Shown one piece after another: positions 51,120 through 63,070 of a stretch of 64,000 bases of DNA. A model generated the notes under the pieces. It saw nothing but the letters and a program-made list of their open reading frames with translations. It did not search any database and was not told the origin of the DNA. Position 1 is the stretch's first letter. Each line of letters opens with the position of its first letter. The DNA is from Squalus acanthias (Eukaryota): positions 7,132,001 through 7,196,000 of the forward strand of contig CM059433.1 in the NCBI GenBank assembly GCA_030390025.1, given 5' to 3'. The position numbers and the translations under genes are program-made.

Positions 51120-51710
51120 AAACATTTATAGAGTGCATTTTATGACCTCAGGACGTCCCAAAGTGCCTTACAGCCAATTAAGGACTTTAGCACTGTTGTC
51201 ACTGTTGTAGTGTAGGAACTGCGGCAGCTAAATTGTGTGCTGTAAGGTCCCACAGACAGCAAAGATGAGCAGATAATCTGTTTTTAGTGATGTTGGTTGA
51301 GGGATAAATATTGGCCAGGGCACCGGGGAGAACTCAACAGAAAACGCTGGAAAAACTCAGCAGGCCAGGCAGCATCCGTGGAGAGAAAAACGTTAACTCT
51401 CTTTCTCTCTCCACGGATGCTGCCTGGCCTGCTGAGTTTTTCCAGCGTTTTCTGTTGTTATTTCAGATTTCCAGCATCCGCAGTATTTTGCTATCGCACC
51501 GGGGAGAACTCTCCTGCTCTTCTTTGAAATAGTGCCGTGGGATCTTTTACTTCCGCCTGAGGGGGGCAGACATAAAAGATCCGCCCTCTCGGTTTGATGT
51601 CTCATCTGAAAGACGGTACCTCTGACAGTGCAGCATTCCCCCCCCCAGTACTGCACTGGAGTATCAGCCTAGATTTTGTGCTCAGGTTTCTGGAGTGGGA
51701 CATGAACCAT
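51120..51710 (-). mobile_element. DeuSINE/SacSINE-like SINE interrupted by a Penelope-derived insert
   Basis: Colinear with 59595-60025. Confidence 0.85.
51336..51495. mobile_element. 160-bp Penelope-derived hairpin insertion
   Basis: Perfect 51-bp inverted repeat (51336-51386 / 51406-51456) and 16-bp TSD GCACCGGGGAGAACTC (51320-51335, 51496-51511). Confidence 0.9.
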
Positions 51711-51802
51711 TAAAATCAGCTGCCTGTGGAAGGGACTAACGTTTCTGCAGCCCTTTCTGAAAAGGGGGGAGCCAACCAGCGTCAGCCTCACACAGACTTT
51801 AA

Positions 51803-52599
51803 GGGCAGAATTTTCATTGACTCGTGGAGGCGGGTTTGGAGGCGTGTGGGGTGGGAAAATAGCAGATTTGGGGGTCCCGAACCCATCCCGCCCCCAACCT
51901 GCCTCCATGCCAGTTTCGCTGGAGGCGGGTACCCGACCTGTGCTGGGAGGCAGGAAGGGGATTAGTGACAATTGTTGCCTAATCCCTATTTTTAGCCCTG
52001 AAGTGTGGGCTACCCGACGGCTCCAAACCACGTCATTTTAGCGAGGCGGACCGTGGGTCTGCAGGGGTTGGAGGGGCCGATATGTCCGGTGGGCAGGTGA
52101 GTGATGGGTGCATGTGTGCAGAGGTAAGTGTGTAAGGTAAGTGTAAAGTGTGGAAAAAAGTTTTACTTACCTTAACTTCCTCCTGCAGGTGTCAGCCCTT
52201 CAGGTCTCGGGAGTCAGAAATCTCACCGGCACAGAAAGCAGAATGGCCGCTGAGCTGTCAAAAGCTGCAGTCTCTGCTTTCTGTGCTGGATTGATTTCTA
52301 ACTGAGTCTAAGTACAAGGACTCACGTTAGAAATCATATTGTCAGTGTTTGACAGCTTCACAGAGCTGTCAAACGCTGAAATTTCATCTGTCAAAAGCTC
52401 TTGACAGATGAAATTTCAATGGCTGACGTCACCAGTATCCAAGGGACCCTTGATTGGCCTGCTAAGCCCGCTGGGCGGGCTTAACAAGGTCAATCAAGGG
52501 AAAATACAGTGGGTTGGCCACAAGTCGATGGAGGCAGGACTACAACCCAAAAAGTGGGAGTCCCACCTCCATCACGTCCCCATTGACAAAATCCAGCCC
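51803..52599. mobile_element. Harbinger MITE
   Basis: TIR GGGCAGAATTTT / AAAATCCAGCCC with TSD TAA. Confidence 0.88.
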
Positions 52600-53249
52600 T
52601 AAGTCTCGCAGACATTTTCTTTGTGCATTTAACAGTGATTTCTTAAAATTGCTGCCATCGATTGTACTTGAAATAAATTTGCACCGAGATCCTAATACAA
52701 TTAAATTCTGGTAAATAAATTTCAGCTTCACTTTGACTTCTAATTTGCCAAACACGTGCCGTGAAGGCACAAAACTTTCACCAATTTTTGTTTGCATCCT
52801 TAGGAATTGAAAATCTGTTAAAACAAGCAGAAATCATTAATAACATTACTATTAATTTTAAACACATTCCTGTAAAGGAAGACCGCATATCAGTTTGTTC
52901 ATCTTACTTTTCAAAGAGTAGTTTTTTACCCTTCAGGTAAATTTTCCTTTCTCGAGTGCTTGAACAGCAACTATCTCATCAATTTCAGAAACAATTGATG
53001 CCCAGGCTTGGTGGTTTTACAGCGGAGACAGATGTGCTTGTAATTACTTTTGGAGGTAACTCCCATATCTCCCCTACTCGAGCGCTTTGTCTCGAAGATA
53101 ACAAATGACCTTGAATGGGTTAAAGTGAGATTGCAACCACTGAGCCACAGTTGACATGTTAGAGGATGGGGAGTGTAGCAGTTTAGAATCTGTTACGATT
53201 GTGTGTTGCATGTGGGAGTGTTGAGGCTACTTAAACACATTACTAGAAT

Positions 53250-53575
53250 GGTTCCAGGAATGAGGGATTACAGTTATGGAGCAGAGAAGGCTAAGAGGAG
53301 ATTTGATAGAGGTGTTTAAAATTATGAAGGGTTTAGATAGAGTAAATAAAGAGAAATTGTTTCCAATGGCTGAAGGGTCGATAACGAGAGGGCACAGATT
53401 TAAGATGATTGACAAAAGAAAAGGGAATTGGATAAATACTTGAAGGAGAAAAAAAATGCAGGGATATGGGGTAATAGCGGGTGAGTGGGACTAATTGGAT
53501 TGCTCTTCGAAAGAGCCGGCGTAGACTCGATGGGCCGAATGGCTTCCTTCTGTGCTGTACTATTCTATGATTCTA
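53250..53575 (+). mobile_element. CR1 3' fragment with internal deletion
   Basis: AGAGGAGATTTGATAGAGGTG...ATGGGCCGAATGGCTTCCTTCTGTGCTG. Confidence 0.8.
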
Positions 53576-53729
53576 CTTACAGCAGGACTGTCACAATAAA
53601 ACGATGTCACATAACGTGGCCATCACACCACGATTTGCAGTCACAATACCAATCAATTGTTGTGATCATTTACCACTTAAATAATTGATGTTCTGTGGTG
53701 TTGAACAAGGGGAGTCAAACCCACCTTTC

Positions 53730-54140
53730 AGGAGGGGGAGAGTAGAAGAGCAGAGAAGGAAAGGAGGGCAGATAAGAGAGGATGGAAGAGAAGTAAGGAG
53801 GAAGGGAGAGGAGGAAAGGCTTGAGAGGGGAGGAAAATTAGGGAGGAGAGAGAGTAGAGGTAAGGGAGGACAGGGGATAGATAAAAGGAAAGGGATGAAA
53901 AGGGAGTGAAGAGGATGGGATGGGAGTTGAGGAGGATCAGGAGACGGTGAGATGTGGTGCGGCACAAAGACAGAGGGAGTAAAAGGGGAGTGGAGGAAGG
54001 GAAGGAGAGCAAAGGGAGGGTAAATGGAAGAGGGATTGGAGGTAGGTTAGAGGGGGGCAGGAGCAGAGGGGAGGGAAGGGGTGAGGGGAGGAGGAGAATC
54101 AAGGTAAAGGAAAGGGAAGATGGGAAGGGGAGGCATGGCG
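53730..54140. repeat. purine-rich (GA/GGA) low-complexity tract
   Basis: Almost entirely G/A on the + strand. Confidence 0.85.
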
Positions 54141-54144
54141 AGAG

Positions 54145-54280
54145 CAATGCTCCCTTTAAGCTGCATGGCCACGCAGTGCTGCAGGGGTCCCGCGCAGGCG
54201 GTGAGCCGGCTTTTATATTGGAAAAAAAGCACACGCGCGGACTTTTGAAGGGGCCGCGCGGCCCATTGGAGGAAGAGGGG
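54145..54280. mobile_element. hAT-type MITE copy (reverse of 5346-5464)
   Basis: Starts with TIR CAATGCTCCCT. Body GCCGGCTTTT..TTTTGAAGGGGCC. Confidence 0.7.
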
Positions 54281-54303
54281 TAGAAAGGGAGAGACAGAGT
54301 GTA

Positions 54304-54627
54304 GGGATGTACTGGGGCTTCTCGAGCATTTATTGCTCATCCCTAGTTGACCTGAGAAGGCAGTGCTGGGCCTTTTTGAACTGCTACGGGTAGCGGTTTG
54401 ATACAATTGAATGGCTTGCTAAGCCACTTCAGAGGGCAGTTACAAGTCCACCTTCATGGTCAGCTTCATGGTCACTTTTACTGATACCAGCTTTTTAGTT
54501 CCGATTTCTTTTAAACGGAGTTCAAATTCTCGAACTGCCACGGTGAAATTTTAATTTGCGTTCTATGGAATCAGTTCAGATCTCTGGATTACCAGTCCAG
54601 TAACATAACCAATGCACTACCGTACCC
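54304..54627 (-). mobile_element. tRNA-headed SINE sharing both 5' head and 3' tail with the LINE at 36420-39501
   Basis: rc reads GGTTATGTTACTGGACTGGTAATCCAGAG...CAAGCCATTCAATTGTATCAAACCG, joined within about 10 nt to GCAGTTCAAAAAGG...AGGGATGAGCAATAAATGCT. Confidence 0.8.
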
Positions 54628-56696
54628 TATATATTTTTTCCGTGTAGCTTATCCAGGTTTTTTGGACTCGGCATGGAGGAGTTGCCACCAGACAGTTTTC
54701 TCGTTGCAAACTTAAACCTCATCCTGGCCATGGTTTGAAGTGCGGCCAATCCGTGACACTCTCTCCGTAGCCTACTCTTGTATTGTGATTTTTTTTTCTG
54801 GTAGGGTATGTTGCTACTGAGTTTTACGTAGGGAGCTGTCACATAACATTAGTTGGCTGTTTCAATGTTCCACTCTTTTCAATCTGTCACGTAATGTTAC
54901 GTTTACAATTCTACCTACTAGTGCAATACCAATAGAATCCGGAAACCACTCACCATTTTTAATTTATACTTACAAGTAGTGAATGGTCTCCGGGTTACAA
55001 AGCTAATGCAGCTGCAGGTGGTGCTGTGAACGCAATGTAATCAGTTGGGAACAATCAACCAGTACCTAATACACATAAGAGCACAAATTATACTTTCAGC
55101 AATCCCCAGGTACTCCTTTATCAAAAGTCCATGATTGCCGTGTCTGAGGATCTGGCAAATTGAATAAACAATACTCTGAAACAACCTGTGTGGTCTTAAA
55201 TTGGTAGCCATCAATTCAGAGCGGGCGGGGCAGGGGGGGGAAATTGTCAGAATAAATGTAGATCTGTCAGAGGTTGCCTACAAATTTTGTCATGGAGGCC
55301 TACAGGTGAGAGGTAATGAAAACCGGAAAAATATGTCCGCTGAAAATACGAGGAAACGTGAGTGAAAACAGAAGACTGGTTGGAAGAACTGGAAATGGAG
55401 CAATTTATTCACACAAACAAGAACAAGCGGCGACTGGCATTAAAGCTGAAATAAGAAAGCTGCACAGGGTAGACAAATAGCAGGTGAGCAAGCCCTGACC
55501 CAACGTGGACCAGTGGAGTAGCAGGTAAGCAGGGAACATACATTTCATTTTTCAGAATGAAGAGATAGAGAAAGAATGAGCAGATAGAAGCCACCACTTT
55601 AAATTTTGATGCCCTATTCTTCTATATTTTCCCCTAGCATGTATCTAATTGTTAATAGCTGCCTTTTGTTTTGCGTCCCCACCCCCAATTTTTCATGGCC
55701 CTATTCTCTTTTTTTCTATCTTTTAATACCTTGTTCCTCTTTCTTCTTAATTACCCCATTTTCTATTTTTCTCAACCTCTTTATTTAAAGGCCCCATTCA
55801 GCCTCCCTTGTCCCCAAGCTCTTTAATTTTTAATAGGGTCATTCTTCATTTTTCCAGCTCTCTTTTAATAACTTCATTTTCTGGTTTTTTTTTAATCAAT
55901 TTATTTTTTTATTGGCCTCATTCTGTTCTTTTTTTCTTCTGACTTTTAAAAAAAATCATTCTGCCTGGTAACCATTTAATTAAGACTCTTATCAAGCAGA
56001 AAGGGATTTTTTTTAGAAGAACTGTCCTGATAAAACCTATATTGCTTTAAAACAGTCCATCCTCTGGCACACTATAGAGCAATGCCACAGGAGATCTACT
56101 GGTGTTAAAAAAATAATGCAGCACGGAAAATCTCCCTATTCAACACCAGGCCAAAGCTCAGCTTCTCTCACAGAAAGGCCTGTCCAAAAAAAAGGTTCAA
56201 AGAAAAGCTTAATTTATTCCAGGCGGGCTTCCATTTTCCTTTCACATCAAAGATGTTGAGCTGAGGTAATTTAATCAACACAGGCTAATACTGTTTGGCT
56301 CAGCATCAGCCACAAGGATCTCTCGTCAGTGTCTGCCAGTTTCTTTCAGGTAGTAATGGTTTCACATCTACCCTTACATGGTGGACTGGTTTAATCAAGG
56401 CTTTCTTGGTAAAGGCAACATTAGAGGCAGTCTGGGTTTACAATCAATCAAGAAATGATAAGCGGGCTGCATCTTGGACCTGTGCTTTGTAATATTTGGG
56501 TGTACAGATTCTGTCCTCAGACCCCTTCTCCTTCCCTGATCTCCAGTCCATGTGACTAAGCTTCAGCTAGTTCAAGACTGTCCAGAAGAAGATAGCAAAT
56601 GTTTGGACTGACAACATGGTTGTGTCCTGTGAATCCACTTGTAGTAATCATGCAATTATACTGCTCAAATCATGCTTATCAAAACCTACTTATATT

Positions 56697-58154
56697 GGCA
56701 TGGATTTTGCAGTTGAAAATAACGGTAAGGCTATCAGCGCTCACCATTATTAAAGAGAAATCAGACAGCAACGCCCGGCGACCACACACGCACAGTTACA
56801 TGCGGATATCAGGAAGTTGCTGTCTGAGTTGCCCTGCTCCTCCAGAACCTTTGCTATAACAGTATCTCGCCGAGAGACTTGGCATTGAAACACATGGAAC
56901 AGTGTGAAGTTGCGGTACTTACATGATAGATAGCCACTAAACATGCCAGAAAAAGTTAGGGTTACATTTCAGTGTAAGCACATTTTTAATAGTGAAATGT
57001 CTTAATTACTGCCAAACAACCTCTCTGGCACTGAAAATTAACTTTTACAAGTGTAGAGTCTTATTCCTTCAGATGTTATTTATTCTTGATTTAAAATGTT
57101 TTATTTTTTTTAATTTTGTTTTAACTTTTTCTCTCATAATCCCATCTTTCTTTCCCTCTCCTTATCTTGCTTTCTGTACATGATTTGGCATTGAATTAAC
57201 TATTCTAACTTACACTTCCTGGTTCAGACTCTGTGGGCTGGATTTTGATACTGGGGTGGGTTGGGGTCGTGTCATCCACTTTTCGTGTTATCCACCCGAC
57301 TGCAATTGGATGTGGGAGATTGATGCAATTTTCACCTAATTGGGCAATTGAGTTCCAGCATGTGGGAACCCATGACCCAATTAGTGTTTTCAGTCTGAAA
57401 GTCGCCTCTGATGATGTCATCATTGCTGCTGCATTGAAGGTCTTCAGAGACTACCTGGCCTTTGCTGTGAGAGGACCTGGATGCAAAATGAGCAGCAGCA
57501 GTCCTAAGTCTGCTCCCAGATATTTTTACACCACCACTCCCAGGTATGTCTCCTCTCCATCCATCCACATAGCTATCCATATATGCATCCCCATAGCCAG
57601 CCAGCCAGCATCAACTATCCATATCCAAATGTGCTCCCGCCAGGTTTCACATTCGTGGTTCAGAACAGGCGTTCTTCACGTAGAAAAAGGGTTAAAATCA
57701 CAAAGGCCTTTCAAAATGGCATTATAGAGCCAATTTAGTGCTTGTTAAGGGCCTTAACAGCCTATCCCGCTTCTTAGAGGCGGGACGGAGTCGGGACCAG
57801 CAGACACGATTTAATGAAAATTGCGTGGAGGCGGGATGGAGGCGGACTTGTGCCCGCCCACCAGTTTTCGCAATTTTAACCCCCCCACACGCCTCCAAAC
57901 CCACCTCCACGGGTCAATGAAAATCTAGCCCTGTGTGTCTCATTAAGGATTCTTCAATCTGATTGGTTGAGGAGGTACACAGTTGCTTTCCCTGTTCACA
58001 CAGGTCCCAGATCCCCTGTAGAGGGTGCCACGCTTATTTGGATTTCTGATCGCTGCAAGTTGCAGTGCAAAAGGCCATAAAAAGTCTTTGGGCAAGTGTA
58101 AGGGCAATGAATTGCTGGTGTTGTATATTCGCTGTTGACTGCAAAATCTGGGCC
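56697..58154. mobile_element. Harbinger MITE hosting a nested MITE
   Basis: 17-bp TIR GGCATGGATTTTGCAGT / rc GGCCCAGATTTTGCAGT with TSD ATT. Confidence 0.8.
57235..57931. mobile_element. Harbinger MITE (nested)
   Basis: TIR GGGCTGGATTTT / AAAATCTAGCCC with TSD TGT. Confidence 0.9.
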
Positions 58155-58212
58155 ATTAATTCTTAAAATCTCAAAATTCATCTTTTTGACCAATCTTTTG
58201 CATAGTTACCAA

Positions 58213-58342
58213 TAATGTTCCCTCTGATTTTGTTTGGCGCGGGCCATTCAAAATACTGCACGTGTGTGATTTTTGTATTGAAAAGCCGGCTGCGCGGATT
58301 CCCTGGAGCGCTGCACGGCCGCACGATTTACAGGGAACGTTG
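58213..58342. mobile_element. 130-bp hAT-type MITE
   Basis: TIR TAATGTTCCCT / AGGGAACGTTG and a perfect 8-bp TSD GTTACCAA. Confidence 0.9.
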
Positions 58343-58461
58343 GTTACCAACTGCTCGCTTTCTGAGAGATCTGTCACATTTTCAGCCCTCTATTCATGCT
58401 ACACACATGGTAAGCCCATGTTTATACTGTAGGAGACTTTAAAATCCACCCACAACACTTT

Positions 58462-59167
58462 GGGCTGGATTTTCATTGACCCGTGGAGGCGGGTTTGGAG
58501 GCGTGTGGGGGGTTAAAATTGCGAAAACTGGTGGGCGGGTACAAGTCCGCCTCCATCCCGCCTCCACGCAATTTTCATTAAATCGTGTCTGCTGGTCCCG
58601 ACTCCGTCCCGCCTTTAAGAGACGGGATAGGCTGTTAAGGCCTTTAACAAGCACTAAATTGGCTCTATAATGCCATTTTGAAGGGCCTTTGTGATTTTAA
58701 CCCTTGATCTAGGTGAAGCACGCCTGTTCTGAACCACGATTGTGAAACCTGGCGGGAGCACATTTGGATAGCTGACTATCAGCTGCAGGTCCACTATTAC
58801 AACGGAGATGTGATGAAGGTAGTAGTAGTATTAGGTCTGAAAGTCGCCTCTGATGCTGTGAGAGGACCTGGATGCAAAAAAATTCTCTCTCTCTCTCTCC
58901 TTAGAGCTGCTGCTCATTTTGCATCCAGGTCCTCTCACAGCAAAAGCCAGGCAGTCTCTGACCTGCAATGCAGCAGCAATGATGACATCATCAGAGGCGA
59001 CTTTCAGACTGAAACCACTAATTGGTTCATGGGTTCCCACATGCTGGAACTCAATTGCCCAATTAGGTGAAAATTGCATCAATCTCCCACATCCAATTGC
59101 AGGCGGGTGGATAACACGAAACGCGGATGACACGACCCCAACCCGCCCCAGTATCAAAATCCAGCCC
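58462..59167. mobile_element. Harbinger MITE, inverted sister of 57235-57931
   Basis: TIR GGGCTGGATTTT / AAAATCCAGCCC with TSD TTT. Confidence 0.9.
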
Positions 59168-59594
59168 TTTGAGTGTTAGCTCTTCTCTATATGCATGATG
59201 TTTCAGCACACGTACAAAAGCAACAGCGTGCAATGAATTGAGTGGTGTTAATCGCCACCTGGGGTTCCTGTGCCGAACTTGATCATTGTGGATATCTGAG
59301 GTCGGGCTTGATAATCTTCAAATCCTATCTCTATATGTAGATTTATGTGTAAGGTTTATATACCAAATGTTAGGTAAGGTTTCATATAATTGTACAATAC
59401 CAGTAATAAATAGAAGAGACATATCACAGATCCATTGGATATAATATTTATTTAACGGCAGAATAATTTGCAAATGCATTGTAACATTGTTAACTCACTT
59501 AATAAATTATCCAATCATGTGCTTTTTGTTTATATCGTTCGTATAAGATCACCTTTAGTAAAGTAGAGATGCTATGAAATTAAAATAAGACCGC

Positions 59595-60025
59595 CGGACG
59601 TCTCAAAGCACTTTATAGCCAATGAAGTACTTTTGAAGTGGAGTCACTGTTGTAATGTAGGAAACACAGGCAGCCAATTTGCACACAGCAAGCTCCCACA
59701 AACAGCAATGTGATAATGACCAGGTAATCTGTTTTTGTTATGTTGATTGAGGGATAACTATTGGCCCCAGCACACCGGGGATAACTCCCCTGCTCTTCTT
59801 CGAAAAAGTGCCCATGGGATCTTTTAGGTCCACCTGAGAGAGCGGACGGGGCCTCAGTTTAACGTCTCATCTGAAAGACGGCACCTCCGACAGTGCGGCA
59901 CTCCCTCAGCACTGCACTGGAGTGTCAGCCTAGCTTTATGTGCTCAAGTCCCTTAAGTGGGGACTTGAACCCACAACCTTCTGACTCAGAGGCGAGTGCG
60001 CTACCCACTGAGCCACAGCTGACAC
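59595..60025 (-). mobile_element. well preserved tRNA-derived DeuSINE/SacSINE-like SINE
   Basis: rc head has box A TGGCTCAGTGG and box B GGTTCAAGTCC, followed by the central Deu-like domain. Confidence 0.88.
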
Positions 60026-60256
60026 TTCATGATAATGAATGAAATAGTGGAAGCTCTATTAGTGGAGGATTTCAAATGTGGAATAATGGGTTGCAGACAT
60101 ACACATGACCTGCTGTATCTCATGCCATTGGATTCAACAGTATTTGAGGATAAGCAAGTGCTCCTTTTCTCAAAGAAAATCTATTATTTTCATTGGATTT
60201 TAAAGTAGTTTAAATGCAACTCAATTTTTAAAAATACATTTTAACTTAAATACCAC

Positions 60257-61936
60257 CTTCTTCTTAGGCAGTCCCTCGGAACCGAGGATGACTTGCTTCC
60301 ACATTAAAAAATGAGTTCTCAGGTGACTGATGAGTCCAATACGGGACCTACAGTTTCTGTCACAGGTGGCGCAGACGGTGGTTTAAGGTGTGGGTGGGTG
60401 GGGTCCTTGGGTTGACGTGCGCTGCTTGCGCTTCCGCTTGCTCCCGGCGAAGAGACTCGAGCTGTTCGGCACCTTCCCGGATGCTTCTCCTCCACTTTGT
60501 GCGGTCTTGGACCAGGGATTCCCAGGCGTCAGTGGGGATGTTGCACTTTTTCAAGGAGGCTTTGAGGGTGTCCTTGAAGCATTTCCTCTGCCCACCTGGG
60601 GCTCTCTTGCCGTGTCGGAGCTCCGAATAGAGCGCTTGCTTTGGGACTCTTGTATCGGGCACGTGGACGATGTGACCCGTCCATCGGAGCTGATCGAGCG
60701 TGGTCAAAGCTTCGATGCTGGGGATGTTGGCCTGAGCGAGAACACTGACGTTGGTGCGCCTATTCTGCCAATGGATTTGCAGGCTCTTGCGGAGGCAGCG
60801 TTTGTGGTACCTCTCCAGTGCTTTGAGCTGCCTGCTGTACATGGTCCATGTTTCTGAAGCATACAGCAGGGCGGGTTTCACTGCTGCTCTATAGACCATG
60901 AGCTTAGTGCTGGGTTTGAGGTCCTGGTCTTCAAACACTCTCTTCCTCAGGCGACCGAAAGCTACACTGGCACACTGAAGGCGGTGTTGGACTTCGTCAT
61001 CGACATCTGCCCTTCTTGACAGTGCCGAGGCACTAAAGCATGGCGGAGAAGCACTACTGGCATGAATTCATGAACTCATTTCTCTTATCTGGAAGGAGGA
61101 GAGCATGCCAGGGGATCTCAGAGACGTCGTAATTGTGACCATCTTCAAGAATGGTGACAAGTACGATTGCGATAATTACAGAGGAGTTTCCCTGCTGTCT
61201 GCCACAGGGAAAGTCATCGCAAGAATCCTCCTCAATCGCCTTCTCCCAGTGGCCGAAAGAGCTCCTCCCAGAGTCGCAATGCAGATTCCGCCCACTAAGG
61301 GGCACAATGGACATGATTTTCACCGCATGTCAATTACAAGAGAAATGCAGGGAACAGCACCAACCGCTGTACATGGCCTTCTTTGATCTCACAAAGGCCT
61401 TCGACACTGTCAACCGTGAGGGATTATGGAGTGGCCTCCTCAAATTCGGCTGCCCTCAAAAGTTTGTCACCATCCTCCGCCTGCTTCACGATGACATGCA
61501 AGCCGCGATCCTGACCAACGGTTCCACCACAGACCCAATTCACGTACAAGGCTGTGTCATCGCACCAACGCTCTTCTCGATCTTCCTTGCTGCAATGCTC
61601 CATCTCACCCTCAGTAAGCTCCCCGCTGGAGTGGAGCTAATTTACAGAACAAACGGGAAACTGTTCAACCTCCGTCGCCTCCAGTCCAGATCCAAGGTCG
61701 TCCCATCCTCTGTCGTCGAATTACAGTATGCAGACGACGCTTGCGTCTGTGCTCCCTCAGAGGTCGAACTCCAAACCATCGTCAACACCTTCACCGAAGC
61801 GTATGAGAGCATGGGCCTTACACTAAACATCTGTAAGACAAAGGTCCTCTACCAACCTGCCCCCGCCACACAGTACTGCCCCCCGATTATCAAAATCCAC
61901 GACAAGGCCTTGGACAACGTGGACCACTTTCCATAC
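60257..61936 (-). mobile_element. RTE-clade LINE with 5' inversion
   Basis: The minus part 60257-61022 has the RT C-terminus (LLYASETW, QLRWTGH) and an (AAG)n tail. The plus part 61024-61936 has NYRGVSLL, DLTKAFDTV and LQYADD. Flanking TAAATAC repeat. Confidence 0.93.
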
Positions 61937-62914
61937 TAAATACAGCTATATGTTATATGCCTGCTGTTGCTTCATACAGAAAAGCTCATACAATTGCAAT
62001 ACCGATCATACGGTAACAATGCAGGAGTGTTGTCGAACTTTGGCTTTACATTTTCACGCAACAGCAAAGGTTTTCCATAAAACCCAACAACTTAACTAGA
62101 ATCAAACAGATCAGCGATGATTTTACACTAAGCTCTTGTGATTACTAAACAAATGAGTCATCGCTATCCCACTACTACACCACTGTAGCCTTGTAATAAT
62201 ACAAATGCAAACAGGCCAGTAGCAGAGTTCAAAACAATCAGGCTGACAGGCTCTAAAATAAAAATATTAAACCTTAAACAGAAGAAGCTGTTTGCCAATA
62301 TGTACTTAGATCACCAGAAATGAATAGAACTGCAGATATTTTTACAGAAAATTTCTGTTGTAAATAGGGCAGGAGGAACAGGTTTATGTTATAGCAACAT
62401 ACTCTGGGAGAAGTAGATCTTGTAATCTAATCACAGTACACCTCAAACGTGTAGCAAAAAGATTAAAAGTAAAAATCAACATTCTTTGGGGGAAATGCCC
62501 CCAGAACCCCTTACAAAGTAAATGTTGTGATATGTATTGTACTTGCATATTGTTAATTGAACACTAGAGGACCCCCTGATGGAAGCAAGCATATCATGGC
62601 AATTACATTCCAGGGTCCCCTCTTATATTACATTTTGTGTCCAGAGAGAATGTTCCAGGGTCTGAAATAAAAACAAACATTACATTGTCACACCAACTGA
62701 AGGTTTGTTGGACATAGTGACAAGGATAACGAACAACATGATATTACGAAGATTGAACATTGGAACATATTTGTTACTTAGGTACTGGTCAATCTTGACA
62801 CAGTAAAATTTTTATCATGTCAGTATTGGTTGGAAAAATCGGAAGACTACCGAACGGAGTCTAGCTGCAGCGAGCATGCAGAAGGTTTGAATTTTTATTT
62901 TGAGGCAAATAAAC

Positions 62915-63000
62915 TTTTTTTAAATTTGTTTATGGGATGTGGGCGTCGCTGGCAAGGCCAGCATTTATTGCCCATCCCTAATTGCCCTTGAGAAGGTGGC
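62915..63000 (-). mobile_element. isolated 3' tail of the 36420-39501 LINE/SINE family
   Basis: rc of 39415-39501. Confidence 0.85.
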
Positions 63001-63070
63001 AAAACTTACAACAGATGCCAAAAAGAGAGCAGTTTGCTTACTATGTGTGAAGCTGCAGCGTACACATTAA

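Noticed and set aside
53666..54406. Pro/Leu/Ser-rich and Gly/Arg/Glu-rich ORFs
   Set aside because: They are translations of a purine-rich low-complexity tract.
57233..59179. duplicated ORFs (MLVKGLNSLSR..., RLMQFSPNWAIEF...)
   Set aside because: They arise from the two inverted MITE copies and are not coding.
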